Assembly (NCBI GenBank): GCA_963772835.1
Contig: CAVYYZ010000009.1
Location: 1-64,000 of the forward strand
Direction: 5' to 3'
Length of the DNA: 64,000 nucleotides
Source of the DNA: an uncultured delta proteobacterium
GTDB taxonomy: Bacteria > Desulfobacterota > Desulfuromonadia > Geobacterales > Pseudopelobacteraceae
In this document: positions 1-13,370 of the stretch, in pieces
Layout of the letters: each line of letters starts with the position of its first letter
How positions within the stretch are numbered: the stretch's first letter is position 1
The notes under the pieces: generated by a model
The model's input: the letters and a program-made list of their open reading frames with translations, nothing else
Database searches by the model: none
What the model was told of the DNA's origin: nothing
Program-made: the position numbers and the translations under genes

Positions 1-22
1 GTTACATCCTATAGCCGTTGTT

Positions 23-1454
23 ATGGGATATCATCGTCATCCATGTCCACGATCAGTTGCTAAACAATTCCAATTCCCTGATTGTTATGTTCCTAACATC
101 AACAAGGATACATTGTTACTATCAGAGGCTAGCTTTGTTATGAGTCATGATGCAGCAACTGGATACTTACCATCTCAATCGACAATTATACCATCAAATA
201 TATACAATACAGCAACCAACTCCTACTCTAAAAATCAAATTGGGACAGTCTATGAACAATTAAATGATGGTGCACGTGCATTAGATATCCGTCCCAAAAT
301 TTTAGTAAATGGGACTATTATTTGTCAACACGGACCGATTGCGATACCCATAACATTGAAACAAATCGTACAAGATGCGATCCGGTGGTGTCAAGACAAT
401 CCAAATGAATTAGTTTTGATATTACATAATGACTTGGCATATCCAACAATATCCACCACCACCAACAACATCATCATATGATGATGACAACGTTGTTGGT
501 AGTATCACTCCTAGCGCTGAGACTGCAGTAGCGTTACTTTCAGAAGTATATGAATCACTTGGTGTGCCTTACGGCAAATGCAGTGATGTTTATGGATTGA
601 CAGTAGGTGAAACGATGGATTTAGCAACACTAGCCAATGGAAAGGGATATCTGTTAGCAATGGATCGACATGATGCATACGCAAGTAGTTGTGCTAAACC
701 AAATTGGGTACAAGAATTACTTGTAACGTGTTATTCCAATTCAACCACAACATCATCAACAACATCAAATTCTAATCTACCATGTACCAATCCGCATTCA
801 TTACATCATCAGGCTCTGAAAGAGTATGTCCTTGCTAGTGCCAACAATGAACCGACCGATAGGAATGATGTACTAGGTCCGCCAGCATCAACGTACTCGT
901 ACCCATTTAATGAAATCCAAGCCCTGTGGCAGGTCGATACTACGTCAGCTGCATTAGGGATCGCACATCTATCGACGTTAATTGATGACAATACCAAATC
1001 CAAGGTCAATGCAAATATCGTTGATTGGGTCTATGAAGGCTTATTTGATTCGATTTCATTGATAGCAATCGATCATGTCAAGTTGAATGGTAATGCATTA
1101 TTCTCAGTAGTAAGAAATCAATGTGGCCAATCTGAATTATCATCATCGTCGTACTCTCAAAATCAAGATGATGATTACAAGTACGATGATGTTGTATGTG
1201 GAAGGGCTATCGCGAAACCAAAATTACAGACCAAGCCAATGTCGACAATATCTTTCTTTGCTACAGTCATGGTATTTTTGGCTTTTGGGATTTGGATGGC
1301 GATTCTATTAGAGCATTACCGACGATATTACAATCATCAAGAACAAATGAAACGAATGGAAATAGAATTACAAGCAGCAAAGCAACAGTTTGGTTGTGGA
1401 ACAACAACAGCAACATTTGAGTACGGAGAATCGATACTTCCTCCCATTGACTAA
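23..1454 (+). CDS. PI-PLC X-domain-like phosphodiesterase with C-terminal TM helix; probably 5'-incomplete; +1 frameshift near 450-470
   Basis: SHDAATGY, NQ..TVYEQLNDGARALDIRP and CQHG motifs in ORF 23..481; continues in ORF 429..1454 with hydrophobic FFATVMVFLAFGIWMAILL; frame switch falls in an ACC/AAC/ATC microsatellite. Confidence 0.65.
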
Positions 1455-1525
1455 GACAATATTATTCCGAGGGAGAAGAAAATAGAATGCATTCATCTAT
1501 TTTAAATTTAGTTGTCTATTGTAAT

Positions 1526-2760
1526 CTAAACGCATTCGTTGGAAGAAAGTTGTGGTCGAACCTCCCAAACAAATCCGAGCTCTTCCAATCTACCAACTCT
1601 CGTCCAAGTCATGTTGGATCTCTTACCGGCGAGCAACAGCTTGTGTTGTCTTCTTTGGCACTTCGCCCACGTGGCAATCTTTTGATTGGGTCCATATATT
1701 GAGGGGATATTACAATGTCCATGAGTACGTCGGAAATGTTTCAACTCATCAAGTCGTTCCTCCCAAATGGCTAGAACAGCATCAATAGTTAAACGTTAAA
1801 CAAACAGGTAAAAAGATCGTTAGTAATGGGAATGATTTCGGGGGGCGAAGGTGTCGGTGATCAATCCATTAATTGATAATTACCTTCATGGGAGTTCCAT
1901 GCAAATCCAAGTCCGTTAAGAGCAACGATTCTTTCTTCCGTCATAGTTGACGGTTTACCATCTCGAAGCAATTTAAACTGGTATCTTTGCCGCTTCGACC
2001 ACCGCGCTAAAGCGTTATGCTCAGGATCTTTGTGACTTATTTGACAATGTCCGTGCTTTTCAACAAACTGACGGAGTTCTTCAAAGCGCTCATGCCACTG
2101 TTCCGCTTGATAATCACGAAACCGGGATGAAGAGGATTCTTGAGAGTATGACGATGATGCTGTTGCCATTGAGGTTGCCGACTCAACAGAACAGGAATGA
2201 GTCAATTGACCGGTAAGAGGTTTCAAAGATCCAAAGGAGACAATTCCAAATGGCGAGATTGGTTTTGGAGGTAGTGTTGGAACTATTCCACAACTGATCT
2301 CGGGGATGCTCATCTCGATCGGCTTGATTTCTTTGAAAGCATCGTCAATCAGAAGGTAATCATCCTCATTTTCTTCATCCGAGCAAACATTAGGGTTCTG
2401 GTCTTTGGAATACTGACTGTAATAGAAAAATAGAGGATCCAATTTTTCGTCCTCCTCCTCTTGTGTCGTCTTGGAGATATCATCTTGGTCGTTGGAAATA
2501 CGTCGTGTTTCCTCCTCTTCTGCTTTCAGTAAATCAAGCTCCTCAGTATACGTGCTACTGAGATCGGAAAATATACGACGGGTGAATGTTTGATTCTCCG
2601 CTTGCAGTAATGAGTGAGAGATACCTTGAAAGGATGATGATGATGGACACGATCCCGGTCTGATGGGAAAGTCCTCATCTGTCATTCCAGCATCAATTTG
2701 AATTGTTTCCATTGCGTCGTTGGAAAGAACCGGTAGGATATCTGAACTCATTGTGGGCAC
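1526..2760 (-). CDS. Helicase-associated (HA) domain protein, 2 exons (2760-1884, 1770-1526)
   Basis: Two HA repeats (WHERFEELRQF..KHGHC..LARWSKRQRYQ..LGFAW; WEERLDELKHF..HGHCNIP..WAKCQRRQ..LGFVW); intron 1883-1771 GTAATT...TACTAAC...CTAG joins in frame as HE-A-IWEERL. Confidence 0.85.
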
Positions 2761-3999
2761 TGTAGGTTCAAGTTATGTCTCTGTTGTTGTTGTTGTTGTT
2801 TGGTTGGTCTTCTTTTTTTATGAGCAGATGTCCAGTAAAGGAGCAACAATCGAAAAGAAGTCGCAACCACGATGCGACATGCAACAACCAGAATAGATGC
2901 AAACCTATTAGCAGAACTTCGCAGGACTTGATCGAACAAGAACCCTGTGTTTGTTGTAAAATCCGAACGCAATTACTACTCCTACTCTATGATGTGAGGA
3001 AGGATGTGAGGATGAAGAAAATAATAATAATGTGTGCAGTTGGCTTCGTGCTTTTGAGGAATCGCTTGCTTGCTTGGGTTGATCGCGATGACCCTTCTCA
3101 TTTAATGCCAGTTTAGTTCGTGACCTTCTCCAAATGCGAATAATAAGTTGAAGAAGAGCCAAACTCTCCCGTAAGATTAATTGAATTTTTCGATTGTTTT
3201 AAGAAGCCAAAAATAAAAAAATAATAACGGAAGACCAAAAAAACACGATGAGAACCCCTGCAAAAAGAAAAGAAGTAGTCGGAGTCGACATCGACGGAGC
3301 TTTTGGATGTTTTCTCCCTTCAAGTCCTAGGATCCCCAATGACAGTCTTGCGGAAGTCTTCTTCTTGTCTTGGTTGTTCATCCGATAAATGATTATTTTT
3401 TTATGAAACATCGAATCATTGACCTGCTACTGCCCCGTTCTTCCTCCAATGAAATCTCACAGTCAATAATAATATTATTATTTCCCCGATCATGACAAGT
3501 AACTACTACTCTACTAGCTACTCTGGAGCTAGCTAAGAGCTAGTAGAGTTTGGATGAATGAACAACATAGTTCAAATTATTTGGGATACTACAGATCAAA
3601 ATCTAGCCCAGATGATGCTGTTAAATAATTACCGGTATTTGATCAGAGAATAGATAATACAGTCACTAGATCCTAGACTACATCGCTGTCTATTACAGCT
3701 GCTCTTAAGATATACTATGATTAATAATTAATAATATTTTAATTATTTATACCAATCGTTCTGCCTAAACATGTAATTATAAAATGACTAAAAATTCTTT
3801 CTTCTTCTTCTTCTTCCCTACCATCAAAATAAAATGATCGATGATCTACTTTTGCAAAAAAATGTGTAGACCATTTCATTACTAAAATTTCATCTCTTTC
3901 CCTGATGTGGCATCTTCCAGCGTCGCTAGGTAGATGCCTACTTTTTCTTCCTGGAAGCCGCAATCATCCGCGACATCTTCTCTGCGTCCTTTTGGGCCT

Positions 4000-5563
4000 T
4001 TAAGGCTTTCTTTCATACTTCTCAGACTGCCACAGAAACCCAATCGATTCAAGTTTGCGAATACGAATAGGTGGAAGCTCACCGTTACGGTATCGACTTC
4101 TTTGGATATGCACCCAACGTCCGATCAACTTGTTGGTCTTGGGGATATCGGTCGTTTTCAACTTGGCAGCAACACACTTTAATACCTCAAAGTTTGCATC
4201 CCAATGAAGTTGCTGCATGTCCCAGCAGAAACCAAGCCGATCAAGAGCCTCGATACGATCCTCGGATAAGCTAGAAGGTTTGAGCTCTCCTGTTGGGGAT
4301 AAAATTTGACCTGAAAAAAGCTTTTTTTGGTATCGTTGCCTTTTACACCAGTTAGCAAGTAATTGGTTCGGTTTGTACTCGTAGGGGACGCATGCATGTC
4401 CATGCTCTTTTCTGAACTGTTCCAGTTCATGATAATGGTGGCTCCATAGTGTCCTTTCGGCATCGTTGTATCTAGCGGGGTTGTCCGCCACAAGTTCAAA
4501 TGGTACATCCAACTCTTTATTAGATACCTTCTTAGTCCTTTGTTTCTTCTTGGCGAGAGTTCCCTTGGACTTAGCAGCAACACGTTTCCCCTTGGTAGAA
4601 CGAAACAAACTTTTAGTACCTTGAATTGTTGGTGGATTGGACATGACCACATCAGGGATACATCCAGAAGAATTACCAATCGAGTCAGGTACTCGAACGG
4701 ACTCATGATACGTATTCCATGAAGGATGATCTTCAAAGACGGAATACGATGTAGGATAATCATCATAGCAGAGATGATGGTTATTGTCGTCGTGCTCGGG
4801 GTAGAGGGAGAAGAGTTGACGACGAGGTGTCACAACATTAGTAGTATTACTATAGTTGTTGTTCCATTCATTTCCTGTTGTTGTTGTTGATTGATGATGA
4901 TGGTGTCATTTCTGGTGTGACAGCCACAGGTCGAGAGAGTTGACTGGAGGGAGTCCTTACCATAGTGACAGGTTCTGTTATTGTATAACAAAAGAAATAT
5001 ACAGTACAAGTCGGTTAGATAACATGTAATACTGTGGACACACCAACAAAAGCAATCACAACAACAACAGCAACAACAACAACAAGATCGTTCTTACCAA
5101 ACTTTGTATCGTCATCATCGTCATTGTCATCACCACCACCACCAGCATCTGAAGGAATGGCAGTAACATCAAGTAAATCATTGACCCAGTCAACCTCTTC
5201 ATGATGATGATGATGATGATGATGAGTATGGTCATCAAATGCTGAAACACAAACTGGACTACCAGTCGATCCATTTCTATGACCAACATCAACATCAACA
5301 TCAACATCATCATTATGATGAGTAGTCGTAGTAGCTGTAGTTGTATTAGAATAGGATCCATTACCTGGTTGTTTCTTCTTCTTGTTGTTGATGTTATCCT
5401 CATCATCGGCATCATCATCGGCATCCTTCAATGATAATGACTTTCCCTTCTCCTTCTCCTCCTCCTCATCTTCATACGTACCGAAGATTGGTGGAAGGAT
5501 TGTGTCAAAATCTAAGACACCGTCAATGTTGTCAAAATCATATTTCATATTATCTTTTTCCAT
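4000..5563 (-). CDS. Second HA-domain protein, 2 exons (5563-5098, 4974-4000), with a +1 frameshift near 4890
   Basis: HA repeats WSHHYHELEQF..HGHA.VP..LANWCKRQRYQ..LGFCW and IGRWVHIQR..LESIGFLW; intron 5097-4975 GTAAGA...CTAAC...ACAG; acidic and His-rich low-complexity N-terminus. Confidence 0.7.
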
Positions 5564-8500
5564 TTTATTTTGTTGTTGTTGTTGTTGGTTAGTTGACTGT
5601 TGATGATTTTACTGCCGACAAAATAATGAGAGGAAAAGAAAAAGAAAAAAATGAAATCCAAAAGTTGGATCATCGGAAACCAACAGCAGTTGCAAAGCAG
5701 ATACTTGTAGCAACGAGTTGCACGCGAGGATTACGCGAAACGAAAGTGGCGGGTTGATTATTTTTCAAATGAAGTACTTCTACTCGTTCTCATCATCATC
5801 GATCCATCGGTCGGTCGTCCACCAACCGATTGTCGATTGTCGATTTGTTTAGGATTGTCTCTGACGCAATAGCAAGTGTAAATAAGGCATCCCCAGTTCC
5901 ATTTAAGGGTCGTGAAGTACGTCGGAAACAATCACATTTGTACGTTAAATGTTGACCAATATTAGTATGGATTGTAGCAACGTTGAAGACCATCAGGAAG
6001 CATTGGAATGAATCAAAGTTCCAATAGCGCAACCTTGAATCTAAATATTTCGCAATTGAAGGATTCGATGGACCAATCATAGCATTCAAATGGGGCAGAC
6101 CATAATTGAAATCATGCAAGTTCTCAAGTTGAGAAAGGATCCTTCAGATAAATATGACGGAAGTTTTGATCGGACTTCTTGAAGATTCTAGTTACTTGAG
6201 AGTCCAAGTTAACAACCAATCAAAACCAAAAAGATCAGTCATCGACGTAAGTTTATTGATGGTTGACTAACTTCCGTTCATGATTGCAGAATTGAGGGAG
6301 AAAACGTGTGGCAGCCATCCATTCATTCACACAGTAACTCGCCGAGCAATCAAAGTGTCCTCAGACACGAAAAGAGAAGATTCCTTGGCGCTACTGTACT
6401 ACTAGAGAATGACGTTGTCATCACAGTATTGCCATGCGCATGCATTCAATAATTGATGGACGACGACGACGCAGTTGTTAACTTCAACTACAATGTAACC
6501 GCGGTTAAAAACTATCATAGCGGTCGGTGTTGTATTTGCATGAGCTTAGCCCGAGACCCTAGCAATTAGACTCCAGTTAGTTAGATTGTCGGCTGTTAAT
6601 GATAGCAAGGATAGTCTGCACCATTAGTTTGTTGTCATGTAGTGTATTGTTTTATAGCTTTCTTCTATACTAGCTAGAGCAAATAATTGCAAATTGCATC
6701 TATCTTTCCATATCTTTCTAGTTTTCCTAGTAGGTAGGGAAGCTCCTAGCTAGCTTACGAGTAGCGGATAGTATTATCGTGATAATTTTTCTTGGTGTAC
6801 GTAGTTTGGTCGTTCCTCGGCGTTTATCGATTGTGTCGGATCGGAGTAGACAACCAAACACACAAAACCATCAAAAATACGACCAAAGATGATGACGACG
6901 ACTGCCACCAACGTCAAAACGTCAACTACGTCGAAATCTTTGTTCAAAAAGATGAAAGATTGATGGTTGGTCATTGTTGGTCGTATTTTTTTGGGTTACG
7001 TGTAGTTGGGTGTCATTAAAGGTCTTTCGTAGTACTTCTAATGACGGTCGACAAGCAGACGCTAGAAACAAAAGGATTTTAGGATAAGTGCCCTTATTTC
7101 TTCCAGAGCGAAACAAAGGAAGGGTAGGATGGGAACAACACGAAACAACCAGTCAGTAGTTGTTGGTATTTTTGTGTGTGTTGTTTGTTTGATTCGTTGA
7201 TTGAATACGATAATCGTGTTTTCATGTTGTAATAATCCAATCATATTCGGATGTAAACTTTTATCGTGTCATTCAAGAAAAGGATGAGAGATGACGATAT
7301 ATCATTATGGTAGACATCACATCACATCACATCGTAACGATGTTTTGGTCATGTTTTTTCTTCGTGGATGGAATGATTGCCATCAGGTACGACAACGATG
7401 ATAACAGAAACGACCACAAACACAATCCATTATAACCATGTATTGTTGTTGTTGGTGATTATATAATGGATATTTGTTATGGTATGTTGTGTGCTGTTGT
7501 TTTTGTTTGTTTGGTGCTTTTTGTTTGTTTCCCAAAATAATGATTTATTTTTTTATGACGATGGTCGATGATTGATGCGGTTGAGTATTGAGTACAAACT
7601 GGTCCCACGTAGACGTCAAGCAAAAAAAGAAGGAGAATTGGGCAATTCGCAACTTATCTGTTACGCACTAAAAATTTGATGGCGCCCGCCTAACACTTAG
7701 GTTGTTACCGCTGGCGAACCCGGCTGGTACGCAACAACGTCGACGATGATTAGTATTTGCTTGGTAGGCTCACTTTTGCTTGGCAGGATTTGATACGACA
7801 CGTATCCACTATCATCATTCGTCAACCAACCACCAAACGGACGACCTACTACACTACTGCAACCTCAACATCGCATCGACAATAAGAAGATGATGATCGA
7901 TAAACATCATGATGATGGCTACAGCTACATCATTTACTTAGATATAATAATACAACCATCTTTGTTGTCGTTACAGTAGTAAGATGACAAATGAAATGTC
8001 AGCGACATCAAAGAAGCGATGTTTCCTGGTGCCGCGAGGTGGCAAGTGACTTTTCCATCTCGTTGAACAATAAACTGGTCACGACAATGTCAAGGATTGG
8101 AATCGTATTAGTTGTTTGGAATAATTTTTGTTGAGAGACCTGCAAAAAGATACCATTAGGAAAGTATTCTGTGTCTGGATTCATCGATCGAGTTTGATAC
8201 CGCCGTCGGTATCATCCGGAATGGATGGCAATGACAGTAACAACTTTGGGAAGTGCCCTCCAATAATATGCATTTCACAATCAAAATTTGTCTCGAAAAA
8301 TGCATTCAAACAAACCAAATTTCTGAAAGAAGCTCCAAAACTTTGCTACGGACACCTCACCACAGAAAAAGTTTTTACGAGATGAAACATTTGACCCACT
8401 TATATTCTTTACTGAATTCCTAATCAACACACGAGTGAAGAAATAAATGGTTGGGTTTCGGTCTACTATACGTGCACCATAATATAATATCTACTTCGAT

Positions 8501-9057
8501 TGAGAGTATGATTGGTAATGAGTAACTCTACAGAATCGTTGCAGTCTTTTGTTGTCACAATCTGGAAGCTTTGTGTTGCCACAAACACCTTTGCTAGTAG
8601 AGATCGGTCGTTGGGCATTGACGAATTCAAGGTGGAAAGGTACAGTAGTGCTTGGATCAAGGATGCATCATCGCGACCAGGTAGTTTGGAAGACTACAAG
8701 TCTTTAGAAAATGGATGTTCAGGTGAGCTTCAATTGACAGTCCATGAGCTTTGCATTGAACGATCAAAACAACAACAACAACAACCTATAATATTACAAC
8801 AACCCGTAATATGACCGGCCGCTACGAGCTGCTAGGAAATAATTATTGAATAATACTGATTAATTATTTGTATTTTATAATATTATTGTAATGTAATTAA
8901 ATAAAAATGCATTCAGGCTGGTTTAATGATGACATCTAATCGAGTGTTTTCTTGCATATGCTGTTCAGAGTGTTTGCTTTAGATCGACTTCAACTTCTTC
9001 TTCTATGCCCTTGTAGTGTTGTGATATACTCTATCTCCAAAATAGTCGACGTTGAAT

Positions 9058-9583
9058 TTATGCCGTCTTTGCGCTTGTAGCATTCAATGTTGCGGATCCC
9101 CCGGTAGCAATTCCACTGCAAGTCTTCTTTGCGGCAGTCTGTAAGCTATCAATCGACAAATCTTTAATTGCCGTCGAGCAATCGATAAGCTCGAATTGCT
9201 TCAAGCATGGGTGTTGGCAAACGGCCAGTTCACAAGCATCCATGCATGCACCATCCCCCTGTAAAACAACGGTGGTGAGAGAGAAGGATACCAAACCTTT
9301 GGCCTCTACGAGGATAGTGGTAATGTCCTTCACCAATAGGCAAGCATCGCCCAAATGAACTTCTTTAAGTGATGGGATTTTCCCCAAAGTCTTCAGGAGC
9401 TCACTTCTGTCGTCATGTCGTAAGCAACCAACGAAGTCTTTGTCTAATTTTACTGTCTCAATGGAGTGTGTTACTTTCCATAGCATCAAGGAAGGAAGTT
9501 ACACTGTCAAAAATTTCATCAGGATCTTCAGAGAGACGAAGATCGGTAATGTCATTACCTTGAATCTTGGCGAGGATGGTCAT
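9058..9583 (-). CDS. Small LRR/RNI-like protein, paralogue of 10505..11032; +1 frameshift near 9466
   Basis: ATG at 9583 gives MTILAKIQGNDITDLRLSEDPDEI..MESNT; a one-base shift continues SIETVKLDKDFVG..SAKTA; colinear with the neighbouring paralogue. Confidence 0.7.
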
Positions 9584-10504
9584 GTTTGATCAAAGAAATT
9601 TAAAGAAGATAGTAAATATCGAGTGTGGGTCGATCGATTCCTTGAGAATTTGCTACGGAAAGAAATTGTGAGCTTTGTTATTATTGTTATTACCCAACCT
9701 TTTGTCAATCATCATCTTTCGAGTTGAAATCAACCGGAGGCATTTTTTGTGAGGACAGGGTTCTTGTTGCGCTTCGCATTGCTTGGGCGTTCTGCGATAG
9801 GCCCTTCCTTGCGACCTCATCTACTTTTTAACGAAGATTCTCATTTACGTTGGTCGCTTATGACTGGAAATGTCGAAATGTCCCTTGTTAGTTGAACTTT
9901 ACGATTAGACAGTGAAGGTTGCCATCAAAGGAATCTAGCTAGAGATCCGGCAACTAACATTGACATCATCTATCATGCTATCACCAATCTATCTATCTAG
10001 AATAGCTGTCATCTTCCTAGCTCTAGAGATCTCTAGCTCTAGAGATAGTAGAGTTGATACTGTACTCGAGAGTAGTTTGAAATATAGGTGCAGTATTCCA
10101 AGAGAAGAATGATTCCTTCGAATCTACAGAACACACGGTACATGTTGTAGTCGAGTTTCAAAAGACGGCCTGTAACCATTGATTCCTATTTCGACATTGT
10201 ATTTCATGAACATTCTTTGTATTTTCTTCATCTAAAGAGTATGTATGTTTGGTTTGTAATCGCAAGATTTCATTTCTATTTGTTTTACATCTATAGTACA
10301 TTGGTAAAAAAGCGGAGTAAAGTTTTCTTTTTGTGATTATTATTTCTTTATATTGAATTCCTTAAATTGTACTTGTATGTATATATATTGTTATTATTAT
10401 TATTCTAAACAAATGCCTTGTAAATCAACTATTCCCAAATGCTTTGTCCGAAAATCTCTGCACCATCCGATCGAAAATACATGGACTTGGACTATTTCAG
10501 TTAT

Positions 10505-11032
10505 TTAAGCAGTCTTTGCGCTCTGAGCGTTGTGGACTGGTTCGATGGAGGTAGCTGCACCACTGGTAGTGAACTTTTGTCCAGCCTTTTCAAGAGAACC
10601 TAAAGAAACGTCCTTCATGGCAGGGACACAATCAACAAGTTCAAATTCTTTTAGGCAAGGGTGTTGGTAAAGAGCTGCCTCGGCGGCAGTGAAATGTTCG
10701 CTGGTTCCTTGTAAGACAACGTCCTTCAAAGACAATACTTTTAGCGACTTGGCATCGGTAACCATCTTGGTAATTCCGGTGATCATGAGGAGTCCATCAG
10801 CAAGATGAACTTCCGTGAGGGTAGGAATAGATCCAAGAGCTTGTAACAATTCAACTCTGGTATCTTGCCTCAAATCTCCGATAAAATCTTCGTTGAGCTT
10901 GGCAATTTCGATGCTCTTGTTTTCTCCGAGAGCCTTGAAGAATTCATGAACATCATCAGCGATTTCGTCAGTTGGGACAGAAAGGTTAAGTTCTGTGATG
11001 GAATTGTCCTTGATTTGTTCGAAAATACCCAT
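10505..11032 (-). CDS. Small LRR/RNI-like protein (175 aa), function unknown
   Basis: Intact ORF; LxxLxL repeats (ITELNL, LTEVHL, LKVLSL, LKEFEL); tandem paralogue at 9058..9583. Confidence 0.75.
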   Translation of the reverse strand: MGIFEQIKDNSITELNLSVPTDEIADDVHEFFKALGENKSIEIAKLNEDFIGDLRQDTRVELLQALGSIPTLTEVHLADGLLMITGITKMVTDAKSLKVLSLKDVVLQGTSEHFTAAEAALYQHPCLKEFELVDCVPAMKDVSLGSLEKAGQKFTTSGAATSIEPVHNAQSAKTA

Positions 11033-12545
11033 GGTTATTGATTAGAATGTGTTTTGTTTTGTTATAAAGTTTAGCGTAAGAGTAAAATAATATCAAGGAT
11101 ACCTTTTGTTGATGGCTCGAGAGAGAAATTTATGGGAGAAAGAAAAGAGTTGATGGTGTTTTTTCGATCTTTTCACGTAGAATGTCTTCTTTCATTCTGC
11201 ACGTTCAATCGAAGTAGGCGCAAAAAGTTATTCGGATTAAAAGCCCAAGGAAATTTACTTAACAAGATATTTTGAAGGGACATTCTTTTGTGACTAGTAG
11301 AATACGACGAATGACCACTAGAATTATTGACATGCACGGTAAAGGAAAGAGTCAAGAACCTTCAGAACAAACCCATCAAAGATACTACCCGAAAACCATG
11401 ATTAGAGGTCCACTTTATTCAGCGGGTTCGGGTTTGTAACATCACACCATTCAGAAGAGGAAAGCGCAAAAAGTTCCAAGGTACCGAAAGCATGTCTAAC
11501 ATGTCTACCCTTCAAGTTCCGTTAACGAAAAGGGCAGTCGACGATCCGGTTTCTGCTTCTGAGATTCTCTTGCTTGTTGGGCCTTGGGACCTTTTGTTAT
11601 TGAAGGTGCTGCTGGAAGGAAGCATTGAAGTGCCCGAAGAAGTTCCTGCCGAAGTGGAGAAGCCGTCTATTTTAGGAACAGTGAAGATGCTATCGCTACG
11701 CTCTACTATTCTACTACTCTAGCTAGTAGCTATTAATTATCCAACCTAAAATGATAATGAACGCCCTCTTGCTTGCTGGGGTAGAAAGCTCTTGATCGAT
11801 CTAAATTAGATAAGCTCTGGATCTATCTAAAGAGAGAGCTCTCAATCTAGCTACAACGAATTGTTTGATCAATCAATATTATCTACCATTAGTCTAGTAG
11901 TGATCTGGTAGGGAAGGATAAGTTAGCTACGGCGTCAGTTTGTTTGTCGGGCCAAAGTCAAGGGAATTGGTGAAAAAATCTTTCGGAAAAGCCATCAATC
12001 GTCAATCCCACTCGAAACATTAGAGAAATCATTTGCTTACACATAATTACATGGTTAAAACACCATTAATACGCAGTCAAATAAAGCAGTCAACTTTGAA
12101 CTCCCATGCCAGTTGAGATCACTACACTGCTACTAGAAGTCATTTCACCCTACCACGATTATTGCTTGCAAGAGAATTGACTCTGTCAGAGGCTATTGTA
12201 CATGGATTGCATTCTTTACATTGATAGATTAGCTTCCATCAAAGTATTACTGAGATGTTTCTACTCTATTAACTACTCTAATACAAGTAGCTATGGAAGA
12301 AAGACAAAATCAAAAACTGCTTTACTCTAGCTAGTAGCATGAGCGTTATTATCTCAAACCCTAATCTTTCCGACATAACAAAAGTACAAGACACGTCATC
12401 ATCGTCCCAAACTAACTGTAAGATCCAAGCAATCCAAAACAACAGCGTTGTATTATTGGACCACCAAAACATCATCCAACCACCGACGAAACACACCACG
12501 AAGCGATAGTACTTGACTTGTAATTAAAAGTAAAATAAAAGGATT

Positions 12546-13370
12546 ATGGGAGAGTTATACGATAGAGTTCATCACCATTATCTACAGGTTTGGTTATTAC
12601 TAGTTTGTGCCCTTTCATTGTTCTTGAACGGTATCACAGCCCTACAATCACATTCAACAAAATCAAAGAACCCGTACTACTATTCTGGCGTTGCAATGTC
12701 ATCTTCGACGAGGGAAAATGAAAGTAACGACGGTGATATTGTGTCTCGTTTGAATTTCCGGCGTCCCACTCCAAAAGATATACCTCGATGTTATGAAATT
12801 GAAGCTGCTTCGTATCCAGCCGATGAGGCAGCGTCGTTACAGTCATTGTATTATCGACAAGAAAATGCCGGCCCATATTTTCAGTTGTGTACCATACCCT
12901 CAAGTGATAATACGGATGAGACCATTATCGGCTTTGTGTGTTCAACACGATGCACAGAGTTTACAGAAGAAAGCATGTCCCAACACACTCGATCAGGAAA
13001 GTTACTTGCCATTCACAGTGTTGTGGTGGAAGAACAATACCGAGGTCAAGGAATAGCCAGGACGATGCTACAGAAGTATGTCAATAACATCAAACAACAA
13101 CAAAATTATGGAATCAATTCGATGGTCCTCCTTGCCAAAAAACATTTATTAGGATTTTATGTTCAATGTGGATTTCAAGTAAATCGACCGAGTCCAATTG
13201 TGCATGGCAAAGAATTGTGGTACGAACTGGAACAATCCTGTCACCAAAATCCTCGATCCTTACCTAAAGAGGATGAATCTTGGTTTTGTAAGACCGAGCA
13301 ATTCAAACGGCCGTATCCTGAAGTGAAGCCGTTCCTTGATGAACACAAAAAGTGGGTAGAGCAATTGAGA
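12546..13370 (+). CDS. GNAT acetyltransferase (AANAT/Paa1-like) with N-terminal signal peptide, fused to the start of a YCII-like domain; cut at the junction
   Basis: IEAASYPADEAAS, LAIHSVVVEEQYRGQGIA, LLAKKHLLGFYVQCGF, HGKELWYEL; then WFCKTEQF..P..EHKKWVEQLR; translation after 13370 comes from foreign DNA. Confidence 0.8.

Larger units (their letters stand above)
1..13370. other. Segment 1: eukaryotic, probably diatom, genomic DNA
   Basis: AT-rich; long intergenic spacers; CAA/CAT microsatellites; GT-AG introns with CTAAC branch points; HA-domain gene family of the kind expanded in diatoms. Confidence 0.85.

Noticed and set aside
4876..4960. Second intron (GTAAGG...ACAG) as the fix for the HA gene frame break
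   Set aside because: Splicing it leads to a stop before the HA domains, whereas a one-base deletion restores the frame
6175..6189. Heat-shock element TTCnnGAAnnTTC
   Set aside because: A single match in 13 kb of AT-rich DNA is plausible by chance, and it lies ~600 nt from the nearest start
5796..8814. Short ORFs in the eukaryotic spacer (5796..6119, 6774..7244, 8128..8814)
   Set aside because: No recognisable motifs or consistent splice structure; could be decayed genes but cannot be supported
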